DNA from: Thermoleophilaceae bacterium
Lineage (GTDB): Bacteria; Actinomycetota; Thermoleophilia; Solirubrobacterales; Thermoleophilaceae
Reading direction: 5' to 3'
Length of the DNA: 46,776 nucleotides
NCBI GenBank assembly: GCA_040509835.1
Contig: JBEVKE010000133.1
Span: 1-46,776 of the forward strand
Shown: in pieces, positions 9,601 through 17,279 of the stretch
Numbering within the stretch: the first letter of the stretch is position 1
How the letters are laid out: every line of letters starts with the position of its first letter
Made by a program: the position numbers and the translations under genes
Notes under the pieces: generated by a model
The model's input: the letters and a program-made list of their open reading frames with translations, nothing else
The model's database searches: none
Told to the model about the DNA's origin: nothing

Positions 9601-10554
9601 GCCGACGAGGTCGACCTCCTCGCGCGTGTTCCAGCCGACGTCACCGATGCTCAGGGCGCCGTCGGGCGTGCCGTCGTCGCGCCACTTGAAGCGGAACGGG
9701 TTGCGGAACGCGAGCGAGTGGATCTTGGTGCAGACGTGCGTGAGATCGGTGTCCGACGGGCAGAACGGATGGCCGGGCAGGCCGTTCCCGTTCCGGTCGA
9801 TGTGCAGGATCTTGCCGGCGAAGCTGTGCTGGTCGTAGACGCGGAACGCGAGCTGGTCGAACTCGGCGTAGCTCGACGCATCGCCGGATCCCACGTAGAG
9901 CGTGCCGTCGGACGCGGCTGCCACCGTCCCGATCGAGTGCGAGCGTCCCTCGGAGGGGAGGCAGTCCAGGTCGTTCGCGGATGGCCACGTGGACACGAAG
10001 TTCTGGGTCACGCAGTCCGTCCCATCGGTGCCCACGACGCCGTCGCTGCCGAGCAGGACCGTCCTGTCCGACACGCCGTTCGAGCCGCTCACCTGGATGC
10101 GCTCGAGGCGCGAGAACGTGGGCGCGTCGGTGTCCGCCATCAGCGGATGCTTTTCGGCGGTGTAGAGCAGGTAGACGTAGTGGTTCGTCTCGTAGTCGGC
10201 GTCGATCGCGAGGCCGAGCAGCCCGCGGTCGTACGCATCGTTCACCTCGTCCGAGATGTCGAGGATCGTGCCGGCGCTCGTCTCGCCCTGGTTCAGAACC
10301 TTCAGGACGCCGGACTTCTCCGCAATGAAGAGTCGGCCGTCCGGCGCCCACGCCGCCGTCGTGGGGATCGTGAGCCCGCCCACGATTGCGTCCTCGTGGA
10401 AGTTCGCGTCGGCGTATGTAGCGGCCAGGGCCGGACCGGCGACAAGGCATGCAGCGGCCACGGCAAGCGCCGTCGCGAGCCCGACGCGAAATGTCCCTGC
10501 GCGTGAGTCCAAACCCTGCAGGTCAAGAGTAGGTGTGACCCGGGCGAGCCGCAA
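6604..10554 (-). CDS. Secreted multidomain protein: PQQ-dependent sugar dehydrogenase beta-propeller + PKD + Ig-like domains + 2x F5/8 type C (discoidin/CBM32-like) + LamG/concanavalin-like
   Basis: 1316 aa with a TTG start. N-terminal hydrophobic signal ([21 protein letters not shown]). sGDH-like motifs ([28 protein letters not shown]). PKD motif ([34 protein letters not shown]). Two discoidin repeats (TTRWASK...WWEVDLG and ITRWGSV...WWQVDLG). C-terminal LamG-like region (LVLYLNGRR...[11 protein letters not shown]). Confidence 0.85.
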   Translation of the reverse strand: MRLARVTPTLDLQGLDSRAGTFRVGLATALAVAAACLVAGPALAATYADANFHEDAIVGGLTIPTTAAWAPDGRLFIAEKSGVLKVLNQGETSAGTILDISDEVNDAYDRGLLGLAIDADYETNHYVYLLYTAEKHPLMADTDAPTFSRLERIQVSGSNGVSDRTVLLGSDGVVGTDGTDCVTQNFVSTWPSANDLDCLPSEGRSHSIGTVAAASDGTLYVGSGDASSYAEFDQLAFRVYDQHSFAGKILHIDRNGNGLPGHPFCPSDTDLTHVCTKIHSLAFRNPFRFKWRDDGTPDGALSIGDVGWNTREEVDLVGTPGHTYGWPCYEGPVHTTTYQDDPKCDPEYAKEGTAAAHVPPNYFYLHGATNAIIGGPIYPGGPYPDSYDGQMFFGDYSDSFLKLLNLDSGGAVTGTTDLSDDWMGVDLLLAPDGNIAYPDLGTGEPGTGSIKEIVYEPSTGAPHALASADPVAGGKPLTVTFSAVGSSDPEGQALTYHWDFGDGTTGTGATPNHIYTNAGSYHAVVTVEDPDHHTDDESVDVEVFDSPPTPSIDSPADESTYHDGDTISLSGSATDAQDGTLPASGLSWTVILHHGAHTHFVGTFNGTAHPSFVARRDHDTNSFYEVRLRATDFDNEWRQTTIQLRPQGVPFQIQSTPPGAPLSYAGLAVTAPFSTLSAIGLDTSISAAARFTKNGVNYFFDSWADGGSRLRQLEIPDHASGLSVRYLEDKANGHPATASSFQDNDPTLAPGKATDDDPTTRWASKAQGLDPHPWWEVDLGSARSVSALEVEWEAAYASRYDVLTSVDHVHWSLAASESVTDALKQRTGFQTRKARYVRLQVQQHGTSFGVSFFAARALGPPDSDPVLEDKAAGRPASASSTQIAGTLDPSKAVDEDSITRWGSVSDDNQWWQVDLGALRTVDAVELNWETAYASSYEIQTSTDGVNFATAATENISAPGLRRTTFAPRTARFVRITALSRATMFGISFFDARVYGGTDPDMTAPDTQITSGPTGSTTSTSATFAFASEPGASFECSLDGAEYGACTSPRSYDGLAVGTHSFGVRARDGAANVDPTPATRSWTIEAGPAARRYSEVIAGTRGLLGLWPLGDAGGRAADLRSGNRGRYLGGPARADALIQTKSDGARRFDGRDDRVKLPPAAIGSPRAVTVELWLERAARGGARRPLLVTDARKPLADGFTLYLDARHRPVVALGGARGRRASVTGPALRSGQTYHLVASYDGRSLVLYLNGRRRGARRYSAGIAYVRSRSFLFGGPAGRRSGDPGAYAGVLDEVAVYKAALGAVAVRDHFRLGTGAG

Positions 10555-10558
10555 GCGA

Positions 10559-11560
10559 TCAGTGCGCCAGGCCGCGAATGCCGTGCGAGAGCCGCCTGCG
10601 CGCGGCCGCCGGCACGCGCGCCAGCACCGCCCGCGCGGACCGGTTAACGCCGCTGAGGAGCACTAGCGCGCTCCTCCCCGCGGGGGTGCGCCTCAGCCAC
10701 AGCGGCAGCTCGCGCGGCTCGAGGCGGACCGGAACGTCGGCGGCGAGCAGCAGGCGCGGCATGAGCCGCACGTATGCATCGCGCGACGCGCGGATCCAGG
10801 CGTTCCGCTCCCATGGCTTCGGGCCGCCCCAGTAGTGGAGGAGGTAGGGCCTGTGGCCGCGCAGCTCGCACTCGAGGGTGCGCTCGTCCAGCACCCGCAC
10901 CTCGTGGAGCAGCTCGGGCGACGGACCCTCCTCCTCCGGCAGCTCCGTCACCGCGTCGCGGTCCACCTCGCTCATCAGGAGCGCGTTGATCGCGTCCTGG
11001 TCGCCACCCCAGAACGGCTGGTCGTAGTCGCTCGCCGCGACCAGGGTTTGGCCGGACGGTATTCGCCGGCACACCTCCCAGTAGCGCCGGAGCAGGTCGG
11101 GGTGGTGGCGCGTGGAGAGTGCGATGAAGCCGGCGTTCAAGTAGTGCGCGCGCCGGAGCGGGGCGGTCAGCCCGAACGCCCCCTCCCACTCGGGGACGAA
11201 GCGGTGTCGCTGGTCCTCGATGTCGGCGAACATGCAGACCTGTCCCGCCTCGGCCCGCTCGAGGACCGGCTCGAGCGAGCGCGTGACGATCATGTCGCTG
11301 TCGATGATCACGACGGTGCCCTCCGGCTCCAGCGTGTGGGGAAAGGACTTGAGCAGCATGTGCGCCTCGAGCACCTCGCCGGGCGGGCTCACCAGTCGCG
11401 CGTGCGGCTCGAGCCTGCGCCGCTGGGCCTCCGAGAGGCCGGTGTCCAAGATCACCAGCTCGGCGTCGTTGCCGCTGACGCGGAGCGAGTTCAGGAGACA
11501 CGCGACGCCCGGGAAGAAGCGGTCGTTGGCGACCGTGAAGAAGGTCGTGTCAGGCCGCAA
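10559..11560 (-). CDS. Glycosyltransferase family 8
   Basis: 333 aa with GT8 signatures: DxD (IIDSDMIV), [19 protein letters not shown] and HYWGGPKPW. Confidence 0.85.
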   Translation of the reverse strand: MRPDTTFFTVANDRFFPGVACLLNSLRVSGNDAELVILDTGLSEAQRRRLEPHARLVSPPGEVLEAHMLLKSFPHTLEPEGTVVIIDSDMIVTRSLEPVLERAEAGQVCMFADIEDQRHRFVPEWEGAFGLTAPLRRAHYLNAGFIALSTRHHPDLLRRYWEVCRRIPSGQTLVAASDYDQPFWGGDQDAINALLMSEVDRDAVTELPEEEGPSPELLHEVRVLDERTLECELRGHRPYLLHYWGGPKPWERNAWIRASRDAYVRLMPRLLLAADVPVRLEPRELPLWLRRTPAGRSALVLLSGVNRSARAVLARVPAAARRRLSHGIRGLAH

Positions 11561-11801
11561 GCTCTAGCAGTGCGTCATTGTCGTAGAGCTTGATCACCTT
11601 GACGGTGCCGGGCGGCGACGCGTCCAGGCAGAGGCCGCACAGCACGCACTCGTCGAGGTTCGCCTCCACGATGTCCACCCCGCTCTCGGTGGCCGCGTAG
11701 ATGTCCACCGGGCAGGCCTCCGCGAGCTTCCTGGCGAGCTCCGTGTCGCCGGCGGCCGAGTCATCGACCTCCACGCCGATGAACGTGCCGTCACGCCTCA
11801 C
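11550..11801 (-). CDS. Small ferredoxin-like protein (single Fe-S cluster motif)
   Basis: 83 aa. ACPVDI ... ECVLCGLCLDASP gives CP + CxxCxxC, enough ligands for one [3Fe-4S]/[4Fe-4S] cluster. The GTG start overlaps the SucD-like stop (GTGA, 11798..11801). Confidence 0.6.
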   Translation of the reverse strand: MRRDGTFIGVEVDDSAAGDTELARKLAEACPVDIYAATESGVDIVEANLDECVLCGLCLDASPPGTVKVIKLYDNDALLELAA

Positions 11802-12718
11802 GCCGCCACCCCCATCCGCTGCTTGACGAGGTCGGGGATCTCGGCGATCTCCTCCGCGACGACGATGCCGGCGGACGCAAGCCGCTCGATCTTCTCGGCC
11901 GCCGTGTCCTCCTGGCCCTCGACGATCGTGCCGGCGTGGCCGAAGCTCATGCCGGGCATCTCGTCCATGAAGCGGCCGGCCATGAACGCCACGATCGGCA
12001 GCTTCCGGGTGGACTCCTCAGTCACGTAGCGGGCGAGCTCCGCCTCCATGCGGCCGCCGGGCTCCGTGTAGATCACGATCGCCTCGGTCTGCTCGTCGGC
12101 CTCGAACAGCGGCATCAGCTCGGCGTAGGAGGAGCCGATGATGGCGTCGCCGCCGATCGACACGGCCGTGGACTGGCCGAGCCCGGCCGCGGTGAGTGTG
12201 GAGGACATCTCGGTGGTCATGCCGCCTGAGCGCGAGATGACGCCCACCGGTCCCGACGAGTACGCCTTGGCCGCGTCGCGCGCCGGCCCGCCGATGCCGC
12301 CCATCTTGATCACGTCCGGGACGATGATCCCGAGGCAGTTCGGCCCGATGATGCGCGCGCCGCGCGTCCCGGCGAGCTCGACCATCTGCGCCACGTCGGC
12401 GCGCGGGATCCGCTCGGTCACGATCACAATCAGCTCGATGCCGTGCTCGATCGCCTCGAACACGGCGTCCTTCGTGAAGGCGGGGGGCACGGTCACGACC
12501 GACCCCTTGATCGGACCGCCGTGGTGCTCCACCGCCTGCTCGACGGTGTCGAACACCGGCACCCCGTGCACGTCGCGGCCCCTGCGGCCGGGAGTGACCC
12601 CGCCCACGACCTGGGCGCCCCTCCCGTAGTCGAGGCACTCGCGGGTGAGGTTGACCGCCTCGCGGCCGGTGATGCCCTGCACGATGAAGGTGGTGTTCTC
12701 GTCGATCAGGATGCTCAC
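11798..12718 (-). CDS. Succinyl-CoA-synthetase alpha-subunit-like (CoA-binding/CoA-ligase) protein; possible malate-CoA ligase subunit
   Basis: 306 aa. MSILIDENTTFIVQGITGREA, GPNCLGII, SRSGGMTTE and the phosphohistidine loop SFGHAGTIV parallel SucD. GTGA overlap with the beta-like gene. Confidence 0.85.
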   Translation of the reverse strand: MSILIDENTTFIVQGITGREAVNLTRECLDYGRGAQVVGGVTPGRRGRDVHGVPVFDTVEQAVEHHGGPIKGSVVTVPPAFTKDAVFEAIEHGIELIVIVTERIPRADVAQMVELAGTRGARIIGPNCLGIIVPDVIKMGGIGGPARDAAKAYSSGPVGVISRSGGMTTEMSSTLTAAGLGQSTAVSIGGDAIIGSSYAELMPLFEADEQTEAIVIYTEPGGRMEAELARYVTEESTRKLPIVAFMAGRFMDEMPGMSFGHAGTIVEGQEDTAAEKIERLASAGIVVAEEIAEIPDLVKQRMGVAA

Positions 12719-13926
12719 GCCGCCGCACCCTGGATCTTCTCGACGGCTCGCCGCGCGGCCTCGTGCATCGACACCGAGCGGTCGCAGTACTCCACGCCGT
12801 ACAGCTCGAGGATCTTGAACCCCTCCTCCTCCCAGGCGCCCGGGATGCGGAAGATGGCGATCTTCTCGGCGGGGTCGTAGCCGAGCTCGAGGCAGGCCTT
12901 GATCACGCCGCGGGCGACGATGTCCACGCGCGTGTTGGACACGATGGACATCATCACCGCGATCTTGTCCACGCCCGGCTTCTGGAGCACGAGCTTCGCC
13001 AGGCCGGCGGCCTTACGCACCGACGGGTTGCCGCCGATCTCGCAGTAGTTCGCCGGCCGGCCGCCGTGGGCGCGGACGGCGTCGAAAAGCGTCAGCGAGC
13101 CGCCGCCGGCGCCGATCACGAGGCCGAGGTCGCCGTCGAACTCGGTCACGTTGCCGGCCACCCCGCGGTGGTCCATGGAGTCGACCTCCTCGCCGGCCAG
13201 CTCGAACTCGGTGGGCTCACGTGCCTCGCGCGTCTCCTCGTCACCCACGCCGAGCTCGTTCAGGAGCGCCTGCTGGCGCGGCCGGGCCTCGTTCTCCATG
13301 TCCATGTGCGCGTCGAGCGCGACGAACGAGCCGTCCTTCAGCTCACCCAGCGGGTTGATCTCCGCGAGCGTCATGTCGTAATCCACGAACAGCTCGGCCA
13401 GCCGGGCGAGGATGGGGGTCATGCGCGTGAGCGCGCGGCCGGTGACGCCCGTGGAGGCGATCACCTCCTTCGCCATGTAGTCGCTGAACGGCTCGATCGT
13501 CGAGAAGTGGCGGCGGCCGACCTTGTCCGGCTGCTCCTCCGCCACCTGCTCGATGTCGATGCCGCCGACCGGCGAGAAGATCATCACCGGCTGCTTCGTG
13601 AGGCCGTCCCAGACGACGCCGGCGTAGTACTCCTGCTTCACGTCTGCCTTCGGGTCCACGAGCACGCCGCGCGGCATGTGGCCGCCGATCTCGAGCTTCA
13701 GGATGTCCTTGGCGTACGCAGCGGCCTGGTCGGCGTCGTCGGCGAACTTCACGCCGCCCGCCTTCATGCGGCCGCCGGTGAGCACCTGCGACTTGATCAC
13801 CGTCGGCCCACCAATCCGGCGCGCGATCTCGCGCGCATCCTGGTCGGTCGTCGCGAAGCCGAAATCCGTGACCGGAATCCCGGCCCGCCGGACGATCTCG
13901 CGTGCCTCGTACTCGAAGAAGCGCAT
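12715..13926 (-). CDS. Succinyl-CoA-synthetase beta-subunit-like (ATP-grasp) protein; possible malate-CoA ligase subunit
   Basis: 403 aa. The N-terminal ATP-grasp (MRFFEYEAREIVRRAGIPV...VIKSQVLTGGRMKAGGVKF) and EINPL motif match SucC. It is divergent from canonical SucC in the C-terminal half. Confidence 0.85.
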   Translation of the reverse strand: MRFFEYEAREIVRRAGIPVTDFGFATTDQDAREIARRIGGPTVIKSQVLTGGRMKAGGVKFADDADQAAAYAKDILKLEIGGHMPRGVLVDPKADVKQEYYAGVVWDGLTKQPVMIFSPVGGIDIEQVAEEQPDKVGRRHFSTIEPFSDYMAKEVIASTGVTGRALTRMTPILARLAELFVDYDMTLAEINPLGELKDGSFVALDAHMDMENEARPRQQALLNELGVGDEETREAREPTEFELAGEEVDSMDHRGVAGNVTEFDGDLGLVIGAGGGSLTLFDAVRAHGGRPANYCEIGGNPSVRKAAGLAKLVLQKPGVDKIAVMMSIVSNTRVDIVARGVIKACLELGYDPAEKIAIFRIPGAWEEEGFKILELYGVEYCDRSVSMHEAARRAVEKIQGAAA

Positions 13927-13957
13927 TTGGGCGCGGAACCCTACCGCGCTACAGGAG

Positions 13958-14467
13958 CTACGGAAGCTGGATGTCGGGCAGCTGAGTGCCCGGCAGCGTC
14001 AGCCTGCCGGCGTGCAGCACCCAGATCGTGGCGCGGCGGCCGCCGAAGCGGCCGCGCGTGACGCCCGCACCCTGGCGGCGCATCGTCGGCGACAGCACGA
14101 TCGCGCGGTGCGACGGCGACGCCAGCCACCGCCGGAGCGAGCCGTGCACGTCGAACCGGCGCCCCGAGTGCCACTCGAGCGCCTCGCCGATCAGCTTGAA
14201 GCGGCTGCTGGCCCAGACCGAGCTCTGATGGGTGAACACGTCGTGCTCCATCAGATACTGCGAGTAGCCCTCCGCCGACGCGGTGAGCGAGGCGGACGTG
14301 CGGAAGGCGGGCAGCCCGTGCTCCGCTCGCACCGCGTTGATCGCCTCCGTCATCTGGCGCTCCGCCCGCTCGTTGGGCGTCAGCCCTGCGGCTGAGGCTG
14401 GTATGGCGAGAGTCATCAGCGCGGCCACCCCGGCCGCGACCGTGCGCATCCGTGGCACTGAGCTCAC
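13958..14467 (-). CDS. Secreted CAP/SCP/PR-1-like (YkwD-type) domain protein
   Basis: 169 aa with a signal peptide (MRTVAAGVAALMTLAIPASA). CAP pattern: INAVRAEHGLPAF...SQYLMEHDVFTH...GEALEW...WLASPSHRAIVL. GTG start at 14467; the ATG at 14449 is an alternative. Confidence 0.8.
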   Translation of the reverse strand: MSSVPRMRTVAAGVAALMTLAIPASAAGLTPNERAERQMTEAINAVRAEHGLPAFRTSASLTASAEGYSQYLMEHDVFTHQSSVWASSRFKLIGEALEWHSGRRFDVHGSLRRWLASPSHRAIVLSPTMRRQGAGVTRGRFGGRRATIWVLHAGRLTLPGTQLPDIQLP

Positions 14468-14469
14468 CT

Positions 14470-14605
14470 TCTCTTCAGGCCTACGGGGTTAGCTGACGGG
14501 CTGGCGCGAAGAGATGCGCGCTCCGCCGAACGTCCGGCGATTCGCCCCTACTACCTGGTTCCCCCGTTCGCGACTACGGCAACAGCCGCGATTCGGCGTT
14601 GTATC
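14470..14605 (-). promoter_or_regulatory. c-di-AMP riboswitch (ydaO-yuaA class), 5' leader of the CAP-domain gene
   Basis: The reverse complement reads ...CGCCGAAUCGCGG...GAACGGGGGAACCAGG...GGGGCGAAUCGCC...GCCCGUCAGCUAACCCCGUAGGCCUGAAGAGAAGG. These are the same conserved blocks, in the same order, as the element at 3410..3556. The boundaries are approximate. Confidence 0.85.
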
Positions 14606-14636
14606 CCCGGAATGTTCTACCCCACGTCGGTCGGAA

Positions 14637-15701
14637 TTAAGCGCGCGCGGGCTCGAGCTCGTATGCGGCGGCCAGCTCCGGGTCCTTGCGAGCCAGCATC
14701 TCGGCCAGGTCGACCATCACCTTGCACTGTTTCCAGGTGGCGTCGTCCTGCATCTTCCCGTCGATCATGTGCACGCCGCGGCCGTCCGGGATCGCCTCGA
14801 GCACCTTCTTGGCGAACTTGACCTCTTCGGGGTCGGGCGAGAACACCTTCTTCGCGATCTCGATCTGGGCGGGGTGGAGCGACCATGCGCCCACGCAGCC
14901 GAGCAGGAAGGCCGCGCGGAACTGGGTCTCGCAGCCCTCGGTGTCCCTGATGTCGCCGTACGGGCCGTAGAAGGGCAGGATGCCGGCGCCGGCGCAGGCA
15001 TCCACCATGCGCGCGATCGAGTAGTGCCACGGGTCCTGCTGGGCGGTCGCCCGGGGCGCGTCGGGGTCGTCCGGGGCCGGGTCCTCGATCACCCGGTATC
15101 CGGGGTGGCCGCCGCCCACGCGCGTCGTCTTCATCCGCCGGTTCGCGGCGAGGTCGGCCGGCCCGAAGCTCATGCCCTGCATGCGCGGGCTCGCCGTGGC
15201 GATCTCCTCGAGGTTCGTCACGCCCTGGGCGGTCTCGAGGATCGCGTGGATCAGGATCGGGCGGTCGAGCTCGGCCTTCGCCTCGAGCTGGGCGAGTAGC
15301 CGGTCCACGTAGTGGATGTCCCAGGCGCCCTCCACCTTCGGCACCATCACGACGTCGAGCCGGTCTCCGATCGCGGCGATCAGCTGGGTCAGGTCGTCGA
15401 GCACCCACGGGCTCTCGAGCGCGTTCACGCGCGTCCACAGCTGCGTCTCGCCGAGCTCCATCTCGGAGCCCACGCGGACGAGGCCCTCGCGCGCGGCCTC
15501 CTTGCGGTCCACCGGAATGGCGTCCTCGAGGTTCCCGAGCAGGATGTCCACCTGCGGGGCGATGTCGGGCGCCTTCGCGACCATCTTCTCGTTCGAGAAG
15601 TCGAGGAAGTGGATCATCCGCGAGGGCCGGACGGGCACCTCGCGGATCGGCTCTGGAGCGCCGATCGCGAGCGCCGTGAAGAAATCGCGTGGATTGCGCA
15701 T
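14637..15701 (-). CDS. mcl: L-malyl-CoA/beta-methylmalyl-CoA lyase-like (HpcH/HpaI/CitE family, Chloroflexus Mcl type)
   Basis: Start set at the ATG at 15701 ([32 protein letters not shown]...). As I recall it, the N-terminus of the Chloroflexus aurantiacus malyl-CoA lyase reads ...[23 protein letters not shown]. The whole length parallels that enzyme ([62 protein letters not shown]). The track ORF reaches 15773 but would then overlap the divergent MaoC gene. Confidence 0.8.
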   Translation of the reverse strand: MRNPRDFFTALAIGAPEPIREVPVRPSRMIHFLDFSNEKMVAKAPDIAPQVDILLGNLEDAIPVDRKEAAREGLVRVGSEMELGETQLWTRVNALESPWVLDDLTQLIAAIGDRLDVVMVPKVEGAWDIHYVDRLLAQLEAKAELDRPILIHAILETAQGVTNLEEIATASPRMQGMSFGPADLAANRRMKTTRVGGGHPGYRVIEDPAPDDPDAPRATAQQDPWHYSIARMVDACAGAGILPFYGPYGDIRDTEGCETQFRAAFLLGCVGAWSLHPAQIEIAKKVFSPDPEEVKFAKKVLEAIPDGRGVHMIDGKMQDDATWKQCKVMVDLAEMLARKDPELAAAYELEPARA

Positions 15702-15741
15702 GGCCTGCCGGAATCTAGCGGTGAGTAGGATTCCGCGGTCC

Positions 15742-16251
15742 ATGGGCGAGACCGAGACGCGATCGATCGACACCGACCAGGCCGACCGCGAGGCCTCCGG
15801 AGCACGGCCATACGGCCGGTACCTGGAGGACTTCGAGGTGGGCGCGGTCTACAAGCACTGGCCGGCCAAGACCGTGACCGAGGCGGATGACCACCTGTTC
15901 TGCCTGCTCACGATGAACCACCATCCGCTGCACATCAACGACGTGTACGCGGCCGAGTCCCAGCAGGGGCGCAACGTCGTGGTGGGGCCGCTCGTGTACT
16001 CGCTGGCGCTCGGCATGTCGGTGGCCGACGTGTCCGGCAAGGCGATCGCCAACCTCGCCACCGAGGAGCTCCTGCACCCCGCGCCGGTCTTCCACGGCGA
16101 CACGCTGTTCGCCGAGTCCGAGGTGCTCGAGGTGCGCCCGTCGCAGTCCAAGTCCGACCGTGGCGTGGTGAAGGTGCACACGCGCGTCTTCAAGCAGGAC
16201 GGCACGCTGGTGGCTGAGTTCAAGCGCGCCGTGCTCGTCCCCCGCCGCTAA
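15742..16251 (+). CDS. MaoC-like (R)-specific enoyl-CoA hydratase/dehydratase (hotdog fold)
   Basis: Start at the ATG at 15742 (MGETETRS...). The long upstream in-frame extension from 15316 is antisense to mcl. Core: [40 protein letters not shown]...[20 protein letters not shown]. Confidence 0.85.
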   Translation: MGETETRSIDTDQADREASGARPYGRYLEDFEVGAVYKHWPAKTVTEADDHLFCLLTMNHHPLHINDVYAAESQQGRNVVVGPLVYSLALGMSVADVSGKAIANLATEELLHPAPVFHGDTLFAESEVLEVRPSQSKSDRGVVKVHTRVFKQDGTLVAEFKRAVLVPRR

Positions 16252-17279
16252 CCGCGCCGTACGGACGCCCAGCGGGCAAGCCGCCCGCGCACCCTCTGCG
16301 CGAAATGGCCGGCGCGGCCGCGGGCCGTTCTGGGGATCACGAAGCTGTCCAGCCCGTGGTCCGCGGTGGCGAAGCGGGCCTTGTAGGGCTCCTCGCCCAG
16401 CAGGAACCTATAGGCGCGCATGCCGTCGTTGACGGCCTCTCTCACGGCGTGGACGGTGAGCACCCAGCCGACCGACTGGTGGTCGAAGGCCGGATCGCGG
16501 CCCGTCTGGTACGACCAGTCCGAGTCGCCGAACCGAAATCCGTACCAGGCCGCGGCCGGCCGTCCGTTCAACTCCGCGATCCAGAGCCGGAGCCAGCCGC
16601 GGTCCAGCGCGGCGTGCGCGAAGTCGCGGTGAAACGAGCGCGCGGGCTCGAGCTGAAACTCGGTCGCGCCCTCGCCCCAGCGCTTCGCGTGCAGCTCGAA
16701 GACGAGGTTCAGGTCCCGCTCCAGGCCATCGTGGTCGCTGGTGAGCCGGTAGCGCAGGTCGTGGTCCCGCAGCAGCCTCCGCTCGAACTTGCCGGCCTGC
16801 TGGCGGAAGTTCGAGCTCCTCGCGGCGAGGAACTCGTCCCAGTCCGAGGTCTCGATCTCGAGCACCGGGCTCGCCTCGTGAACGGCCGGCGCGGCGCCGA
16901 GCAGCGCCGGCCAGCTCTCCTCGCCAGCGAGCCGGTCACCCAGGAAGAGGTCATGCGGCACGTCGTGGAGCATGCTCCGCAGCTCGCCCCCGGCGACGGG
17001 AAGGTCGGCGGGCGCGCAGACGGCGCCGACCTGGTCGGCCACGCCACCCCCGACGAAGCGGAGCGTCCGTACCGCGCTGCCGCCCCGGTGAAGCGGCACG
17101 AGCGCGGCCACCTGGCCGTCCTGCCGCACGACGCCGAACGCCGGCTCCCGCCCGGCGCCGAAATGGCGCCACCAGGCGGCGGCGAACTCCCACGTGAGGA
17201 ACACGTTCCCGGACGCCGTCGCGAGCCTGTCCCAGTCCTCGCGCAGAGCCTCCAGCTCGCTCGGAAGTGCGGTGCTCAC
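16248..17279 (-). CDS. GNAT-fold acetyltransferase, CelD/BcsL (FemAB-like) type
   Basis: 343 aa. LTWEFAAAWWRHFG ... LNGRPAAAWYGFRFGDSDWSYQTGRDPAF ... YRFLLGEEPYKARFA matches the Acetyltransf_6/CelD pattern found in EPS clusters. Confidence 0.75.
   Translation of the reverse strand: MSTALPSELEALREDWDRLATASGNVFLTWEFAAAWWRHFGAGREPAFGVVRQDGQVAALVPLHRGGSAVRTLRFVGGGVADQVGAVCAPADLPVAGGELRSMLHDVPHDLFLGDRLAGEESWPALLGAAPAVHEASPVLEIETSDWDEFLAARSSNFRQQAGKFERRLLRDHDLRYRLTSDHDGLERDLNLVFELHAKRWGEGATEFQLEPARSFHRDFAHAALDRGWLRLWIAELNGRPAAAWYGFRFGDSDWSYQTGRDPAFDHQSVGWVLTVHAVREAVNDGMRAYRFLLGEEPYKARFATADHGLDSFVIPRTARGRAGHFAQRVRGRLARWASVRRG

Noticed and set aside
15316-15741. Upstream in-frame extension of the MaoC ORF (311-aa version), and the 15702..15773 extension of the lyase ORF.
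   Set aside because: The MaoC extension is antisense to the well-supported mcl coding region. The lyase extension would overlap the MaoC start, and the homologous Chloroflexus-type N-terminus begins near the ATG at 15701.
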